This document shows positions 35,526-45,213 of a stretch of 61,908 bases of DNA, piece by piece. The notes under the pieces were generated by a model. It saw nothing but the letters and a program-made list of their open reading frames with translations. It did no database searches and was not told where the DNA came from. Each line of letters begins with the position of its first letter. The stretch's first letter is position 1. The stretch is from Candidatus Limnocylindria bacterium (GTDB taxonomy: Bacteria > Chloroflexota > Limnocylindria > QHBO01). The DNA is taken from the NCBI GenBank assembly GCA_046262115.1, contig JBHENJ010000029.1, positions 1-61,908 of the forward strand. Reading direction: 5' to 3'. The position numbers and the translations under genes are program-made.

Positions 35526-36589
35526 TCGTCGAATTCCGGGCCGCGACCGACGCGGACCGCGATGCGTGGCAACGGCTCCTCGCCACCTGCGCAAGCGGCG
35601 ACTTCCTCCACGACTGGGCATGGGCCGATGTCGCCGCCTTCGACGGGGAGCCGCAGCGTCGGTTCGTCCTGGAGGTGGCGGGCGAGACCGTCGCCGTGGC
35701 CGCGCCCCAGGTGCGCAGGACGTTCCTCGGCCGAAGTTTCTGGTACGTGCCGCACGGCCCCGTCCTCGACTACGCCGACCCCAGGGCGGTCGGCTGGCTC
35801 GGGGAGGTCATCGCGGGCCTGCGCGCCGCGGCCCGCAGCGACCGAGCCGTGGCGGTCAAGCTCGAGCCGCGCCTCGAGGCCCGAACGCCCGAGGCGCGCG
35901 CGTTCGATGCCGCGTGGCTGCGGCCGACGGGCGAGCACGTCCAGATCGGACGGACGAGGATCGTCGAGCTGCCCGCGGACGACGACGCCCTGCTCGCGGG
36001 ATTCGACAAGGACACCCGGTACGCCATCCGGCGCGCCGAGCGCGAGGGCGTTGGCGTCACGTGCGCCATCGACGCGGCGGACACGCGGCCGATCGACGAC
36101 CTGCACGCCCTCGTGGCGGAGACCCAGCGGCGCGCCGGCTTTGCGCTCCCGCCGCGTGACCGGTATCGCATCGCGTGGGCGGGCCTCGCCGGGGCCGGAC
36201 GCGCCGTGATCGTCGAGGCGCGGCGCGGCGGTGAGCTCCTAGCCTCGGGCCTGCTGGTCGCGGAGGGCGATCGGTCCTTCTACCTATTCTCGGGCTCACG
36301 CCGCGAGGCCCCCGGCGAGCCCAAGCACTACGCGTCGTACGCGATGCAGTGGGAGATGATGCGCACTGCGCGCTCGATGGGCAGCCGACACCACGACCTG
36401 TGGGGGATCGCTCCGGAGGGCGCGGGGTCGGATCACCCCTGGCACGGCGTCGCGCTCTTCAAGAAGGGCTTCGGCGGTCGGGCGATCGAGTGGGCCGGAA
36501 GCTGGGACATCGCGGTCCAGCCCGCGCTGTACGCTCTGCGCTCGACCGCCGACGGGCTGAAGCGCAGGCTTCGGCCGGGGCGCTCGTGA
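35522..36589 (+). CDS. FemAB-family peptidoglycan bridge aminoacyltransferase
   Basis: Tail of ORF 33944..36589 from the GTG at 35522 (GTGA overlap): FLHDWAWADV, WYVPHGPV, DTRYAIRRAEREGV, KHYASYAMQWEMM. Confidence 0.75.
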   Translation: MIVEFRAATDADRDAWQRLLATCASGDFLHDWAWADVAAFDGEPQRRFVLEVAGETVAVAAPQVRRTFLGRSFWYVPHGPVLDYADPRAVGWLGEVIAGLRAAARSDRAVAVKLEPRLEARTPEARAFDAAWLRPTGEHVQIGRTRIVELPADDDALLAGFDKDTRYAIRRAEREGVGVTCAIDAADTRPIDDLHALVAETQRRAGFALPPRDRYRIAWAGLAGAGRAVIVEARRGGELLASGLLVAEGDRSFYLFSGSRREAPGEPKHYASYAMQWEMMRTARSMGSRHHDLWGIAPEGAGSDHPWHGVALFKKGFGGRAIEWAGSWDIAVQPALYALRSTADGLKRRLRPGRS

Positions 36590-38058
36590 TCGGCCTCGGG
36601 GCGCTCGCCGACGTCATCCGGCCGGAGCGCGTGATCGGGATTCCCGCCGGCGAGGTGACCGGGCTCGCGTACGACTCGCGTCAGGTCGGGCCCGGGACGC
36701 TGTTCTTCGCCATGCCCGGCGAGCACGCCGACGGGCATGACTTCGTTCGTGCCGCCGTCACCGCGGGCGCGGTCGCGGTAGTGGTCGAGCGCGACGTCGA
36801 GGCCGCAGTCCCCCAGCTCGTCGTCGCGCGGAGCCGTGACGCGCTGGCCGATGCCGCAGACGCGTGGTTCGGCCAGCCGAGCGAGCGGCTTCGAACGATC
36901 GGCGTCACGGGGACGGACGGCAAGACGACCACCGGGTTCCTCGCGGCGGCGGTCCTGGACGCCGCCGGGCGCCGCCCCGGACTGATCGGCACGGTCGAGA
37001 TGCGCATCGGCGACGAGCGGGTGCCGAACGAGCTGCGCGCCACGACGCCCGAGGCGCTCGAGCTCCAGGAGCTGCTGTTCCGCATGGTCGCCGCCGGCAA
37101 CCAGACCGCTGTTATCGAGGCGACATCGCACGGCCTGGCTCAGTCGCGGGTGCGGAACTGTCGCTTCAGAGTGGGCATCGTGACGAACCTGACCCACGAG
37201 CACCTCGACTTCCACGGCACCGTCGAGGCGTACCGCGACGCCAAGGCGATGCTCGTCGCGGAGGCGCCGATCGCCATCCTGAACCGCGACGACGCCCACT
37301 TCGCCCACTTTCGATCGCGAGCCGCCGCGCGGGTCATCAGCTACGGCACGACGAATGAAGCCGACGTCCGGGCGTCCGGCATCGACGCGCGGCCGGACGG
37401 GACGGCGTTCGACGCGCAGGTCGGCGCGTGGACCGGCCGGGTGAAGCTCGCGCTGCCCGGCTGGTTCAACGTCTACAACGCGCTCGCCTGCCTCGCACTG
37501 GCCGATGCGGAGGGCGTCGACCTCGACGTCGCCGCGCGGGCGCTGCGCGAGGTGCGCGCCATCCCGGGCCGGATGGAGCGCATCGATCAGGGTCAGCCGT
37601 TCGCGGTCATCGTCGATTACGCGCACACACCCGACTCGCTGGACAAGGTACTGCGCATCCTGCGGCCGATGACGGAGAGGCGGCTGGCGGTGGTCTTCGG
37701 GTCTGCCGGCGAGCGTGACGTCGCGAAGCGGCCCTTCATGGGGCGGATCGCCGCCGAGCTCGCCGACATCGTCATCGTCACGGATGAGGACCCGCGCCTC
37801 GAGGATCGCGACGCGATCAACAAGGCGATCGCGGACGGGGCCCGCGCGGCCGGGGCGCTCGACGGCGCCAACCTGTGGGTGATCGCCGACCGGCGAGACG
37901 CGATCCGCCACGCCGTCGGCCTCCTCCGTGAGGGCGACGTCCTGCTGCTTGCCGGAAAGGGCCACGAGGGCTCGATCTTCTACGGCACCGAGAAGGCCTG
38001 GTGGGACGAGCGGGAGGTCGCTCGCCAGGAGCTGCGCGCGGCCGGCTGGGCGGCATGA
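36586..38058 (+). CDS. murE: UDP-MurNAc-L-Ala-D-Glu:diamino-acid ligase MurE
   Basis: Tail of ORF 36349..38058 from the GTG at 36586 (GTGA overlap): GVTGTDGKTTT, TSHGL, VTDEDPRLED (resembles the DNPR motif of DAP-adding enzymes). Confidence 0.9.
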   Translation: MIGLGALADVIRPERVIGIPAGEVTGLAYDSRQVGPGTLFFAMPGEHADGHDFVRAAVTAGAVAVVVERDVEAAVPQLVVARSRDALADAADAWFGQPSERLRTIGVTGTDGKTTTGFLAAAVLDAAGRRPGLIGTVEMRIGDERVPNELRATTPEALELQELLFRMVAAGNQTAVIEATSHGLAQSRVRNCRFRVGIVTNLTHEHLDFHGTVEAYRDAKAMLVAEAPIAILNRDDAHFAHFRSRAAARVISYGTTNEADVRASGIDARPDGTAFDAQVGAWTGRVKLALPGWFNVYNALACLALADAEGVDLDVAARALREVRAIPGRMERIDQGQPFAVIVDYAHTPDSLDKVLRILRPMTERRLAVVFGSAGERDVAKRPFMGRIAAELADIVIVTDEDPRLEDRDAINKAIADGARAAGALDGANLWVIADRRDAIRHAVGLLREGDVLLLAGKGHEGSIFYGTEKAWWDEREVARQELRAAGWAA

Positions 38059-39140
38059 CCTCCCTGTCGGCGTCGGAGGTCGACGACGCGGCGTCCTGGA
38101 ACGCGTTCGTCGAGTCGGCGCGCTACGGAGCGTTTCCGCAGCTCTGGGAGTGGGGCGAGCTGCGGCGCGCCGCGGGGTGGCGACCGCTGCGTCTCGCCGT
38201 CGGCGAGGCCGCCGGCGGCGAGATTCGCGCCGGGACGCAGCTCCTGCTGAAGCCGATCCCGGTCATCGGCTGGCACCTGGCGTACGCGCCGCGAGGACCA
38301 ATCGGCGCGCTCGACGACGAGGCCACGAGGACCGCGCTGCTCGCCGCCGTGCGTGGCGTCGCGCGGCGCGAGAAGATCGCCACGCTCCGCGTCGACCCCG
38401 AGGCGACGCCCGAGGATGCGCTGGGCGGCGCCCTCTCCGCGACTCCGTGGCGCGCCGCGGAGAAGGTCCAGCCGCCGCGAACGCGGCTGATCGACCTCTC
38501 GGCGAGCGAGGACGATCTCCGCGGCGCGATGAAGAAGAAGCATCGTCAGTACGTCGCGAAGGCCGAGCGTGAGGGGATCGAGATCGAGCGCTTCGACTCC
38601 TCCAGCGCGCCCGACGCTCTGGAGGGCGCGCTCGACGACTTCAACCGGATCTACCGGCTCACGGCCGAGCGCGCCGGCTTCGTGGCGCGGGTGCCCGCGT
38701 ACTACGTCCGCGTCTGGGACACGATGGCGCCCCGCGGCCACGCCCGGCTCTCGTTCGCGATGCGCCAGGGCGAGCGGGTGGCGACGCTGTTCCACTTCAC
38801 CTGCGGGCCGCGGGCGGTGGAGGCCTACGGCGGCATGACCGACGCGGGCGCCGAGAGCCGCGCGAACTACCTCCTCAAGTGGGAGGCGATCCGCGGGTTC
38901 CGCGAGGAGGGATTCGCCGTCTACGACGTGTGGGGGCTTGCCACGGGCGGGATCGCCAGGTTCAAGGAGGGATTCGGCGGCCGCGAGGTCGAATACGTCG
39001 GCGCGCGCGAGCTCAGATTGCGCGCACCGGTCGACGCGCTGCTGCGCGTCGCGATCCCGGCGTACGGCGCGGCACAGCGCGCGCGGCTGCGCCTCCTCGG
39101 GCGACGAGCTCCAGCGGAGGGCGTCACCGAGGCCGGCTGA
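38055..39140 (+). CDS. Second FemAB-family aminoacyltransferase
   Basis: ORF 38001..39140 trimmed to the ATG at 38055 (ATGA overlap): FPQLWEWGELRR, HLAYAPRGP, KHRQYVAKAEREGI, ANYLLKWEAI. Confidence 0.75.
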   Translation: MTSLSASEVDDAASWNAFVESARYGAFPQLWEWGELRRAAGWRPLRLAVGEAAGGEIRAGTQLLLKPIPVIGWHLAYAPRGPIGALDDEATRTALLAAVRGVARREKIATLRVDPEATPEDALGGALSATPWRAAEKVQPPRTRLIDLSASEDDLRGAMKKKHRQYVAKAEREGIEIERFDSSSAPDALEGALDDFNRIYRLTAERAGFVARVPAYYVRVWDTMAPRGHARLSFAMRQGERVATLFHFTCGPRAVEAYGGMTDAGAESRANYLLKWEAIRGFREEGFAVYDVWGLATGGIARFKEGFGGREVEYVGARELRLRAPVDALLRVAIPAYGAAQRARLRLLGRRAPAEGVTEAG

Positions 39141-39180
39141 GCCGGTCGCCCGGGGGTCGCGTGCTACCATCGCCGCCACC

Positions 39181-41397
39181 ATGAGCCAGCTCGCGAGGCT
39201 GCGGGCAGCCCCCGCCTCCGTCGTCCAGCGGATCGCGGGCTCCCGGACCCCGCGACGCCCGGGACCCGAGATCCAGCACGTCCTGGACGAGGTTGCCCGG
39301 CACCGGCCGGGCGCCAACATCGGCCTCATCCAGCGCGCCCACGAGTTCGGCGAGGAGGCGCACACCGGACAGCTGCGTGCCTCGGGCGAGCCATACATCG
39401 TTCACCCGGTGGCGGTGGCGATGTCGCTGGCGGAGCTCCAGCTGGACGCCGAGACGATCGCCGCGGCGCTGCTCCATGACGTTCCCGAGGACACCGACTT
39501 CGGCATCCCGGACATCGAGAAGCGGTTCGGTCGCGACGTTGCGCGCCTGGTCGACGGTGTCACCAAGCTCTCGAAGTTCGGCAGCGCCCGGAGCGTCGAG
39601 GAGCAGCAGGCGGAGAACATCCGAAAGATGTTCCTGGCCATGGCCGAGGACGTCCGGGTCGTGATCATCAAGCTCGCCGACCGGCTCCACAACATGCGCA
39701 CGCTCGAGTTCCTGCCGCCCGAGAAGCAGCAGCGCATCGCCCGCCAGACGATGGAGATTTACGCGCCGCTCGCGCATCGGCTCGGGATCTGGCAATTCAA
39801 GTGGGAGCTCGAGGACCTGGCCTTCAAGTACCTCGAGCCGGAGAAGTTCGACCAGCTGGTCACGATGCTCGCCGACCGGCGCCGGGCGCGCGAGAGCTAC
39901 GTCAACCGCGTCATCGGCGTCCTGCGCAAGGAACTGGACCGCCTCGGCATCAACGCCGAGATCTCCGGTCGCCCCAAGCACCTCTATTCGATCGCCAAGA
40001 AGATGGAGCGTAAGGGCGCGGAGTTCAGCGAGATCTACGACCTGCACGCGGTGCGGCTGCTGGTCGACGAGGTCAAGGACTGCTATGCGGCGCTTGGCGT
40101 GGTGCACTCGCTGTGGCGGCCGATCCCGGGGCAGTTCGACGACTACATCGCCGTGCCCAAGCCGAACATGTACCAATCGCTCCACACGGCGGTCATCGCG
40201 CTCGACGCCAAGCCGCTGGAGATCCAGATTCGGACGCACGCCATGCACGCCGTGTCCGAGGCCGGGATCGCAGCCCACTGGCGCTACAAGGAGGGCTCGC
40301 GGGCCGAGAAGAACTACGACGCCAAGCTGGCCTGGCTGCGCCAGCTCATGGACTGGCAGCGCGAGGTGGCCGATGCCACCGAGTTCGTCGAAGGCCTCAA
40401 GCTCGACCTCTTCCAGGACCAGGTCTTCGTCTTCACGCCGAAAGGGGACGTGAAGGACATGCCCGCCGGCGCGACGGCTCTCGACTTCGCCTACCGCATC
40501 CACACCGACGTCGGGCACCGGTGCATCGGCACCAAGGTCAACAACCGTCTGGTGCCGCTGGACTACCGCCTGCGCAACGGCGACATCGTCGAGGTCATCA
40601 CGACCAAGGCGGCGCACGGGCCGTCGCGCGACTGGCTGAACATCGTCCGCACCCAGCACGCGCGCGAGAAGATCCGGCAATGGTTCAAACGCCAGCAGCG
40701 CGACGAGAACATCGTGCAGGGCAAGGAACTCCTCGACCGCGAGCTGCGACGGCTGGCGCACGAGACGCTCGCATCCGTCGACGCGGCGAAGGTCGCGGAG
40801 ATCGCGTCGCAGATGCGGTTCAAGGAGCTGGACGACTTCTACGCCGCCATCGGCTATGGCGCCGTGTCGCCCTCCGCCGTCGTCAGCAAGCTCGAGGTCC
40901 ACGACGACGTCGCCATCACGCTTCCCGAGGTGGCGCCGCCGGCTGCCCCGTCGACGACCGGCGTGCGCGTCAAGGGCGTGGGCGACCTCCTCGTCCGCTT
41001 CGCCAAGTGCTGCAGCCCGATCCCGGGCGACGAGATCGCGGGATACGTGACCCGCGGCAAGGGCGTCACCGTCCATCGGCGTACCTGCCGCAGCGTCCTC
41101 TCCGAGCGCGACATCGAGCGGCTGATCGACGTCGACTGGGAGGTGGAGAGCCAGCAGACGTATCCGATCAGCATCCGCATCGAGGCGTTCGACCGCGACG
41201 GCTTGCTGCACGACGTGACGAACGTGGTCGCGGAGGACAAGGTGAACATCGTGGCCGCCTCCGCGACGGTGCACCCGGATAAGACCGCCACGATCACGGC
41301 GACGCTCAAGGTCACCTCACTCCAGCAGCTCGCGAAGGTCCTATCACGGCTCGAGCGCGTCAAGGACGTGAGCAGCGTCGTGCGCGAGGTCAGGTAG
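39181..41397 (+). CDS. relA: Bifunctional (p)ppGpp synthetase/hydrolase
   Basis: ORF 38938..41397 trimmed to MSQLARL. HD domain (HPVAVA...LLHDVPEDT), RelA_SpoT synthetase block, TGS and C-terminal ACT. Confidence 0.95.
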   Translation: MSQLARLRAAPASVVQRIAGSRTPRRPGPEIQHVLDEVARHRPGANIGLIQRAHEFGEEAHTGQLRASGEPYIVHPVAVAMSLAELQLDAETIAAALLHDVPEDTDFGIPDIEKRFGRDVARLVDGVTKLSKFGSARSVEEQQAENIRKMFLAMAEDVRVVIIKLADRLHNMRTLEFLPPEKQQRIARQTMEIYAPLAHRLGIWQFKWELEDLAFKYLEPEKFDQLVTMLADRRRARESYVNRVIGVLRKELDRLGINAEISGRPKHLYSIAKKMERKGAEFSEIYDLHAVRLLVDEVKDCYAALGVVHSLWRPIPGQFDDYIAVPKPNMYQSLHTAVIALDAKPLEIQIRTHAMHAVSEAGIAAHWRYKEGSRAEKNYDAKLAWLRQLMDWQREVADATEFVEGLKLDLFQDQVFVFTPKGDVKDMPAGATALDFAYRIHTDVGHRCIGTKVNNRLVPLDYRLRNGDIVEVITTKAAHGPSRDWLNIVRTQHAREKIRQWFKRQQRDENIVQGKELLDRELRRLAHETLASVDAAKVAEIASQMRFKELDDFYAAIGYGAVSPSAVVSKLEVHDDVAITLPEVAPPAAPSTTGVRVKGVGDLLVRFAKCCSPIPGDEIAGYVTRGKGVTVHRRTCRSVLSERDIERLIDVDWEVESQQTYPISIRIEAFDRDGLLHDVTNVVAEDKVNIVAASATVHPDKTATITATLKVTSLQQLAKVLSRLERVKDVSSVVREVR

Positions 41398-41403
41398 GGC
41401 GAG

Positions 41404-43398
41404 ATGTGCGGGATCGCAGGCTTCTGGGGGCCACGCGATCGCGCGCTGCTGTGGCGCATGACGAGTATCCAGCAGCACCGCGGCCCGGACGACGAGGGGC
41501 TGGTCGAGACCGACGTCGGCAGCCTGGGCAGCCGCCGCCTCTCGATCATCGATCTCGCCCACGGCCATCAGCCGATCGCAGGGGCAGGCGGGCGACTCCA
41601 GATCGTCTACAACGGCGAGGTCTACAACTACCGCGAGCTGCGCCACGAGCTCCAGCGGCTCGGCGAGCGCTTCGTCACGGACTCGGACACCGAGGTCGTG
41701 CTGCGCGCCTACCAGGTGTGGGGGCCACAGGCGTTCGCGCGGCTGAACGGGATGTGGGGCCTCGCGATCCTGGACCTGCGCGAGGAGCCGAGGATCGTGC
41801 TCAGCCGCGACCACTTCGGCATCAAGCCGCTCTACTGGGCGGAATCGGGCGATCGGATCCTGTTCGCCTCGGAGATCAAGGCGCTCCTCCAGGACCCGGC
41901 GCTACGGCCGATACCGAACGAGCAGCGCATCTACGAGTACCTCGGCTGGGGGCTGCACGACCACGACGAGCAGACCTTCTTCGAGGGCATCAGCGCGCTG
42001 GCGCCGGCGAGCTATGCCGTCATCGACGCCGACGGCATCCAGCAGGACGTGTACTGGGAGCCGCGCCTCTCGAGCGACGGTGACCCTGACCCGGCGACGT
42101 TCCGCACCATGCTGGCGAAGTCCGTCGAGCGACGGCTCGTCGCGGACGTACCGGTCGGGACGTGCCTGTCCGGTGGCCTCGACTCCTCGTCCATCGTGTG
42201 CCTGATGAACCAGCAGCTCCAGACCCACGTCCCGGACGCGGCGTCGATGGGCGACCGGCTCAAGACCTTCTCGGCGATCTTCGACAACGACCCGATCGAT
42301 GAGCGGCGGTACATGCAGCTCGTCCTCGACGCCACCGGCGCCGAGGGCAACTTCGTCAACCCGACCTCAGACCGATTCATCCTGGAGCTGCCCGAGCTGG
42401 TCTGGCACCTCGACGAGCCGATGGTCAGCACCGGGCCGTACGCGCAGTGGTGCGTCATGCGCGTCGCCCGCGAGAAGGTGAAGGTCCTGCTGGACGGCCA
42501 GGGCGGCGACGAGCTGCTGGCCGGGTACGTCTCGTACCACTACGTGTACCTGCGACAGCTGTTGCGGGAGCGCCGGTTCGGCGCGTTCATCTGGGAGGCG
42601 CTTCGGTCTCGCGACGTGTTGTGGCCGCTGATCCGCCGCCGGCTGGGTGAGCGGCGCAAGTCGATCCGCCTGTCCGCCCTGGTGAGCCGGACGTTCGCCC
42701 AGCGGATGCGCGCGCCGCTGGACCGACGCGTCGACGACAACCTCAAGCTGCGCCTGCTCCAGGACCTGACCGCCTACAGCCTGCCGTCGCTGCTGCGCTA
42801 CGACGACCGCAACTCCATGGCGCACTCGGTCGAGTCGCGCGTCCCGTTCCTGGACCAGGAGCTGGTCGAGTGGGTGCTGACGCTGCCCTCAGAGGCGATC
42901 ATCAGCAACGGCTGGAGCCGCGCCATCTTCCGCGACGCAATGAAGGGGCTTATTCCGGAGCAGATCCGTCTGCGCCGCTGGAAGGTGGGGTTCACCACGC
43001 CCGAGATGCGCTGGCTCCGCGCGCAGCGTCGCGCGGTGGAGCAGATCTATCGGTCCGAGTCGTTCGGGTCGCGCCCGTTCTGGAACGCCGATGCCGTCGC
43101 GCAGTCGTTCGCCGCGGTCTGCGACGGACGGCTAGAGGAGTCTCTCTTCTTCTGGCGTGCAATCAACGTCGAGATCTGGATGCGGGTCTTCTTCGACACG
43201 CCTATTCGGCAGCCGATCTTTGCCCGCAGCGCGCAGGAGGCGATGCCGGCCGCGCACCCGCCACCCGCGCGCCCGGCCGCGCCTTCCCGCGAGACCGTCC
43301 CCCCGGCACCGTCGGAATCAACCGCGCCGGCGTCCGAGCGCGCGCCCGCACCGCGGCAGTCGCCTTCAGCTCCCGAGCCCGCGGGGCGACCCGCCTGA
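41404..43398 (+). CDS. asnB: Asparagine synthase (glutamine-hydrolysing) family amidotransferase with a Pro/Ala-rich C-terminal tail
   Basis: ORF 41404..43398: MCGIAG (Cys2 Ntn domain), LSGGLDSS PP-loop, tail AAHPPPARPAAPSRETVPPAPSES... Confidence 0.85.
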   Translation: MCGIAGFWGPRDRALLWRMTSIQQHRGPDDEGLVETDVGSLGSRRLSIIDLAHGHQPIAGAGGRLQIVYNGEVYNYRELRHELQRLGERFVTDSDTEVVLRAYQVWGPQAFARLNGMWGLAILDLREEPRIVLSRDHFGIKPLYWAESGDRILFASEIKALLQDPALRPIPNEQRIYEYLGWGLHDHDEQTFFEGISALAPASYAVIDADGIQQDVYWEPRLSSDGDPDPATFRTMLAKSVERRLVADVPVGTCLSGGLDSSSIVCLMNQQLQTHVPDAASMGDRLKTFSAIFDNDPIDERRYMQLVLDATGAEGNFVNPTSDRFILELPELVWHLDEPMVSTGPYAQWCVMRVAREKVKVLLDGQGGDELLAGYVSYHYVYLRQLLRERRFGAFIWEALRSRDVLWPLIRRRLGERRKSIRLSALVSRTFAQRMRAPLDRRVDDNLKLRLLQDLTAYSLPSLLRYDDRNSMAHSVESRVPFLDQELVEWVLTLPSEAIISNGWSRAIFRDAMKGLIPEQIRLRRWKVGFTTPEMRWLRAQRRAVEQIYRSESFGSRPFWNADAVAQSFAAVCDGRLEESLFFWRAINVEIWMRVFFDTPIRQPIFARSAQEAMPAAHPPPARPAAPSRETVPPAPSESTAPASERAPAPRQSPSAPEPAGRPA

Positions 43399-43402
43399 CG
43401 CC

Positions 43403-44713
43403 CTGAAGCGGATCGCCGCGCCACGCGGCACGCGCGACCTGCTCCCCGAGGAGCTCGCCGCGTGGGACCGGGTCGAGGCGCTGGCGCGCGACCTCTCCCG
43501 CGGTTACGCCTTCGACCGCATCGAGACGCCGCTCTTCGAATCGGTCGACGTCTTCGTGCGCGGCGTGGGCGAGGCGACCGAGGTAGTCGAGAAGCAGCTC
43601 TTCCTCCTCTCGGGCCCGGCCCAGGCCGGTGAAGGCACTGGGCGATGGGCGCTCCGCCCCGAGCCCACAGCCGGGATCGTGCGCGCCTACATCGAGAACG
43701 GCATGGTGTCGCGACCGCATCCGCTCCGCCTGTGGACGATGGGACCGATGTTTCGCTACGACCGCCCGCAGGCCGGCCGCTATCGGCAGTTCGTGCAGTG
43801 GGACGTCGAGGTGATCGGTGAGGCGGGACCGATGGTCGACGCCGAGCTCATTGAGCTCGGCCATCGGTTCTTCACCGAGGTGGGCGTGGAAAACGTCGTC
43901 GCGAACCTCAACTCGATCGGCGACGAGACCTGTCGTCCGGCCTACCGGGCCGCCGTCACCGAGTACTTCGGGCGCCATGCCGACCGCCTGAGCGACGACT
44001 CGCGCCGCCGGCTGCGCGACAATCCGCTGCGCATCCTAGACGACAAGACGCTGGATCCGGCGCTGGCGGCCGATGCGCCACGATCTGTCGACCACCTCTG
44101 CGACGCGTGCCGGGCGCACTTCGACGCCGTCCGCGCGCTGCTGGACGAGCTCGGGCTGCGCTATCGGCTCGAGCATCGCCTGGTCCGCGGCCTCGACTAC
44201 TACACCCGCACGACCTTCGAGTTCTTCCGCGAGGGTCGCGAGCGTCAGCAAGATGCCCTCGGTGGCGGTGGCCGTTACGACGGCCTGGTCGAGCTGCTTG
44301 GAGGCCAGCCAACCCCGGGGATCGGCTTCGGACTGGGCATCGACCGGACCGTGCTGGCGCTAAACGAGGAGCCGCTCCCGGACGGCGGCGTTCCGGCGGT
44401 CGCTGTTGTCGCCAGCGAGCCGGGATTGCATGCCGCGCGGCTTCGGGTCGCGGAGGGGCTGCGAGCCGACGGCTGGAGCGTGTGGGTTGACGGCAGCGAT
44501 CGCAAGCTCGGTAGGCAGCTGGAGTCCGCCGCGAAGCGCGGCGCGCACTGGGCGGTCATCGTCGCGGATCACCCCGAGTTGACGATTCGCGACCTCTGGT
44601 CCGGCGAGCAACGGGACGCGGCCATCGACGGAGTCGTCGCGCTGCTGGCGACTATCCGCCCGACACGACGAATTCCGAGATCCGATAGCACTCCTCGTCG
44701 TCGATCGCGCTGA
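43403..44713 (+). CDS. hisS: Histidine--tRNA ligase (apparent CTG start)
   Basis: Tail of ORF 43157..44713: LKRIAAPRGTRDLLPEE...VVEKQLF...GGGRYDGL. The only plausible initiation position is the CTG at 43403, 5 nt after the asnB stop. An upstream in-frame start would overlap asnB by ~240 nt. Confidence 0.85.
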   Translation: MKRIAAPRGTRDLLPEELAAWDRVEALARDLSRGYAFDRIETPLFESVDVFVRGVGEATEVVEKQLFLLSGPAQAGEGTGRWALRPEPTAGIVRAYIENGMVSRPHPLRLWTMGPMFRYDRPQAGRYRQFVQWDVEVIGEAGPMVDAELIELGHRFFTEVGVENVVANLNSIGDETCRPAYRAAVTEYFGRHADRLSDDSRRRLRDNPLRILDDKTLDPALAADAPRSVDHLCDACRAHFDAVRALLDELGLRYRLEHRLVRGLDYYTRTTFEFFREGRERQQDALGGGGRYDGLVELLGGQPTPGIGFGLGIDRTVLALNEEPLPDGGVPAVAVVASEPGLHAARLRVAEGLRADGWSVWVDGSDRKLGRQLESAAKRGAHWAVIVADHPELTIRDLWSGEQRDAAIDGVVALLATIRPTRRIPRSDSTPRRRSR

Positions 44714-45146
44714 CGTTCCAGTCGATCTCGACGTAGGTCGGGTGGCCGTCCCACGGATCAGTGGCGACCGTGACCTTGGTGCCCGGTCGAGCCATCACTT
44801 CGGAGGCGCGGCTGAGCATCTCCGCCAGGGTCGGGAGCTCCCCCGGCGAGAGCGTGACTCTGCGGCTCTGTTGATCGAGTCCCTCAATCTGCACGACGTC
44901 GCCATCCTCGACTTCCGCGCGCCAGCGGCCGATGAGATTTCGCTCGCCACAGCGCGATTCGACGGTGAATGCGTACGCGGGCGGTGCTTTCCACGCGGGA
45001 GCCGCGCTCGGGGAAGCCGGGGCCAACGAGTTGGCTCCCGTCGACGAGAACGCCTGAGGAGCGGCCGACGGGAGATCGACAGACGGCGTCGAACACGAAG
45101 ACAGGGTCACTCCGATAACGAGGAGAACTGGTGCGCCAACCGCCAC
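44652..45146 (-). CDS. Putative lipoprotein of unknown function
   Basis: ORF 44652..45239 trimmed to the GTG at 45146: VAVGAPVLLVIGVTLSSC (lipobox LSSC). The longer start would overlap the aspS ATG. Confidence 0.5.
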   Translation of the reverse strand: MAVGAPVLLVIGVTLSSCSTPSVDLPSAAPQAFSSTGANSLAPASPSAAPAWKAPPAYAFTVESRCGERNLIGRWRAEVEDGDVVQIEGLDQQSRRVTLSPGELPTLAEMLSRASEVMARPGTKVTVATDPWDGHPTYVEIDWNVSAIDDEECYRISEFVVSGG

Positions 45147-45213
45147 AGCATCCGCCTGTTGTGTCTGTGCGTCGACCGGTCGTGAGCCGGTCCTCGGATA
45201 CGATAGGCCGCCC

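Noticed and set aside
39124-41274. 716-aa minus-strand ORF
   Set aside because: It is antisense to relA and has no recognisable motifs. It is a GC-rich shadow ORF.
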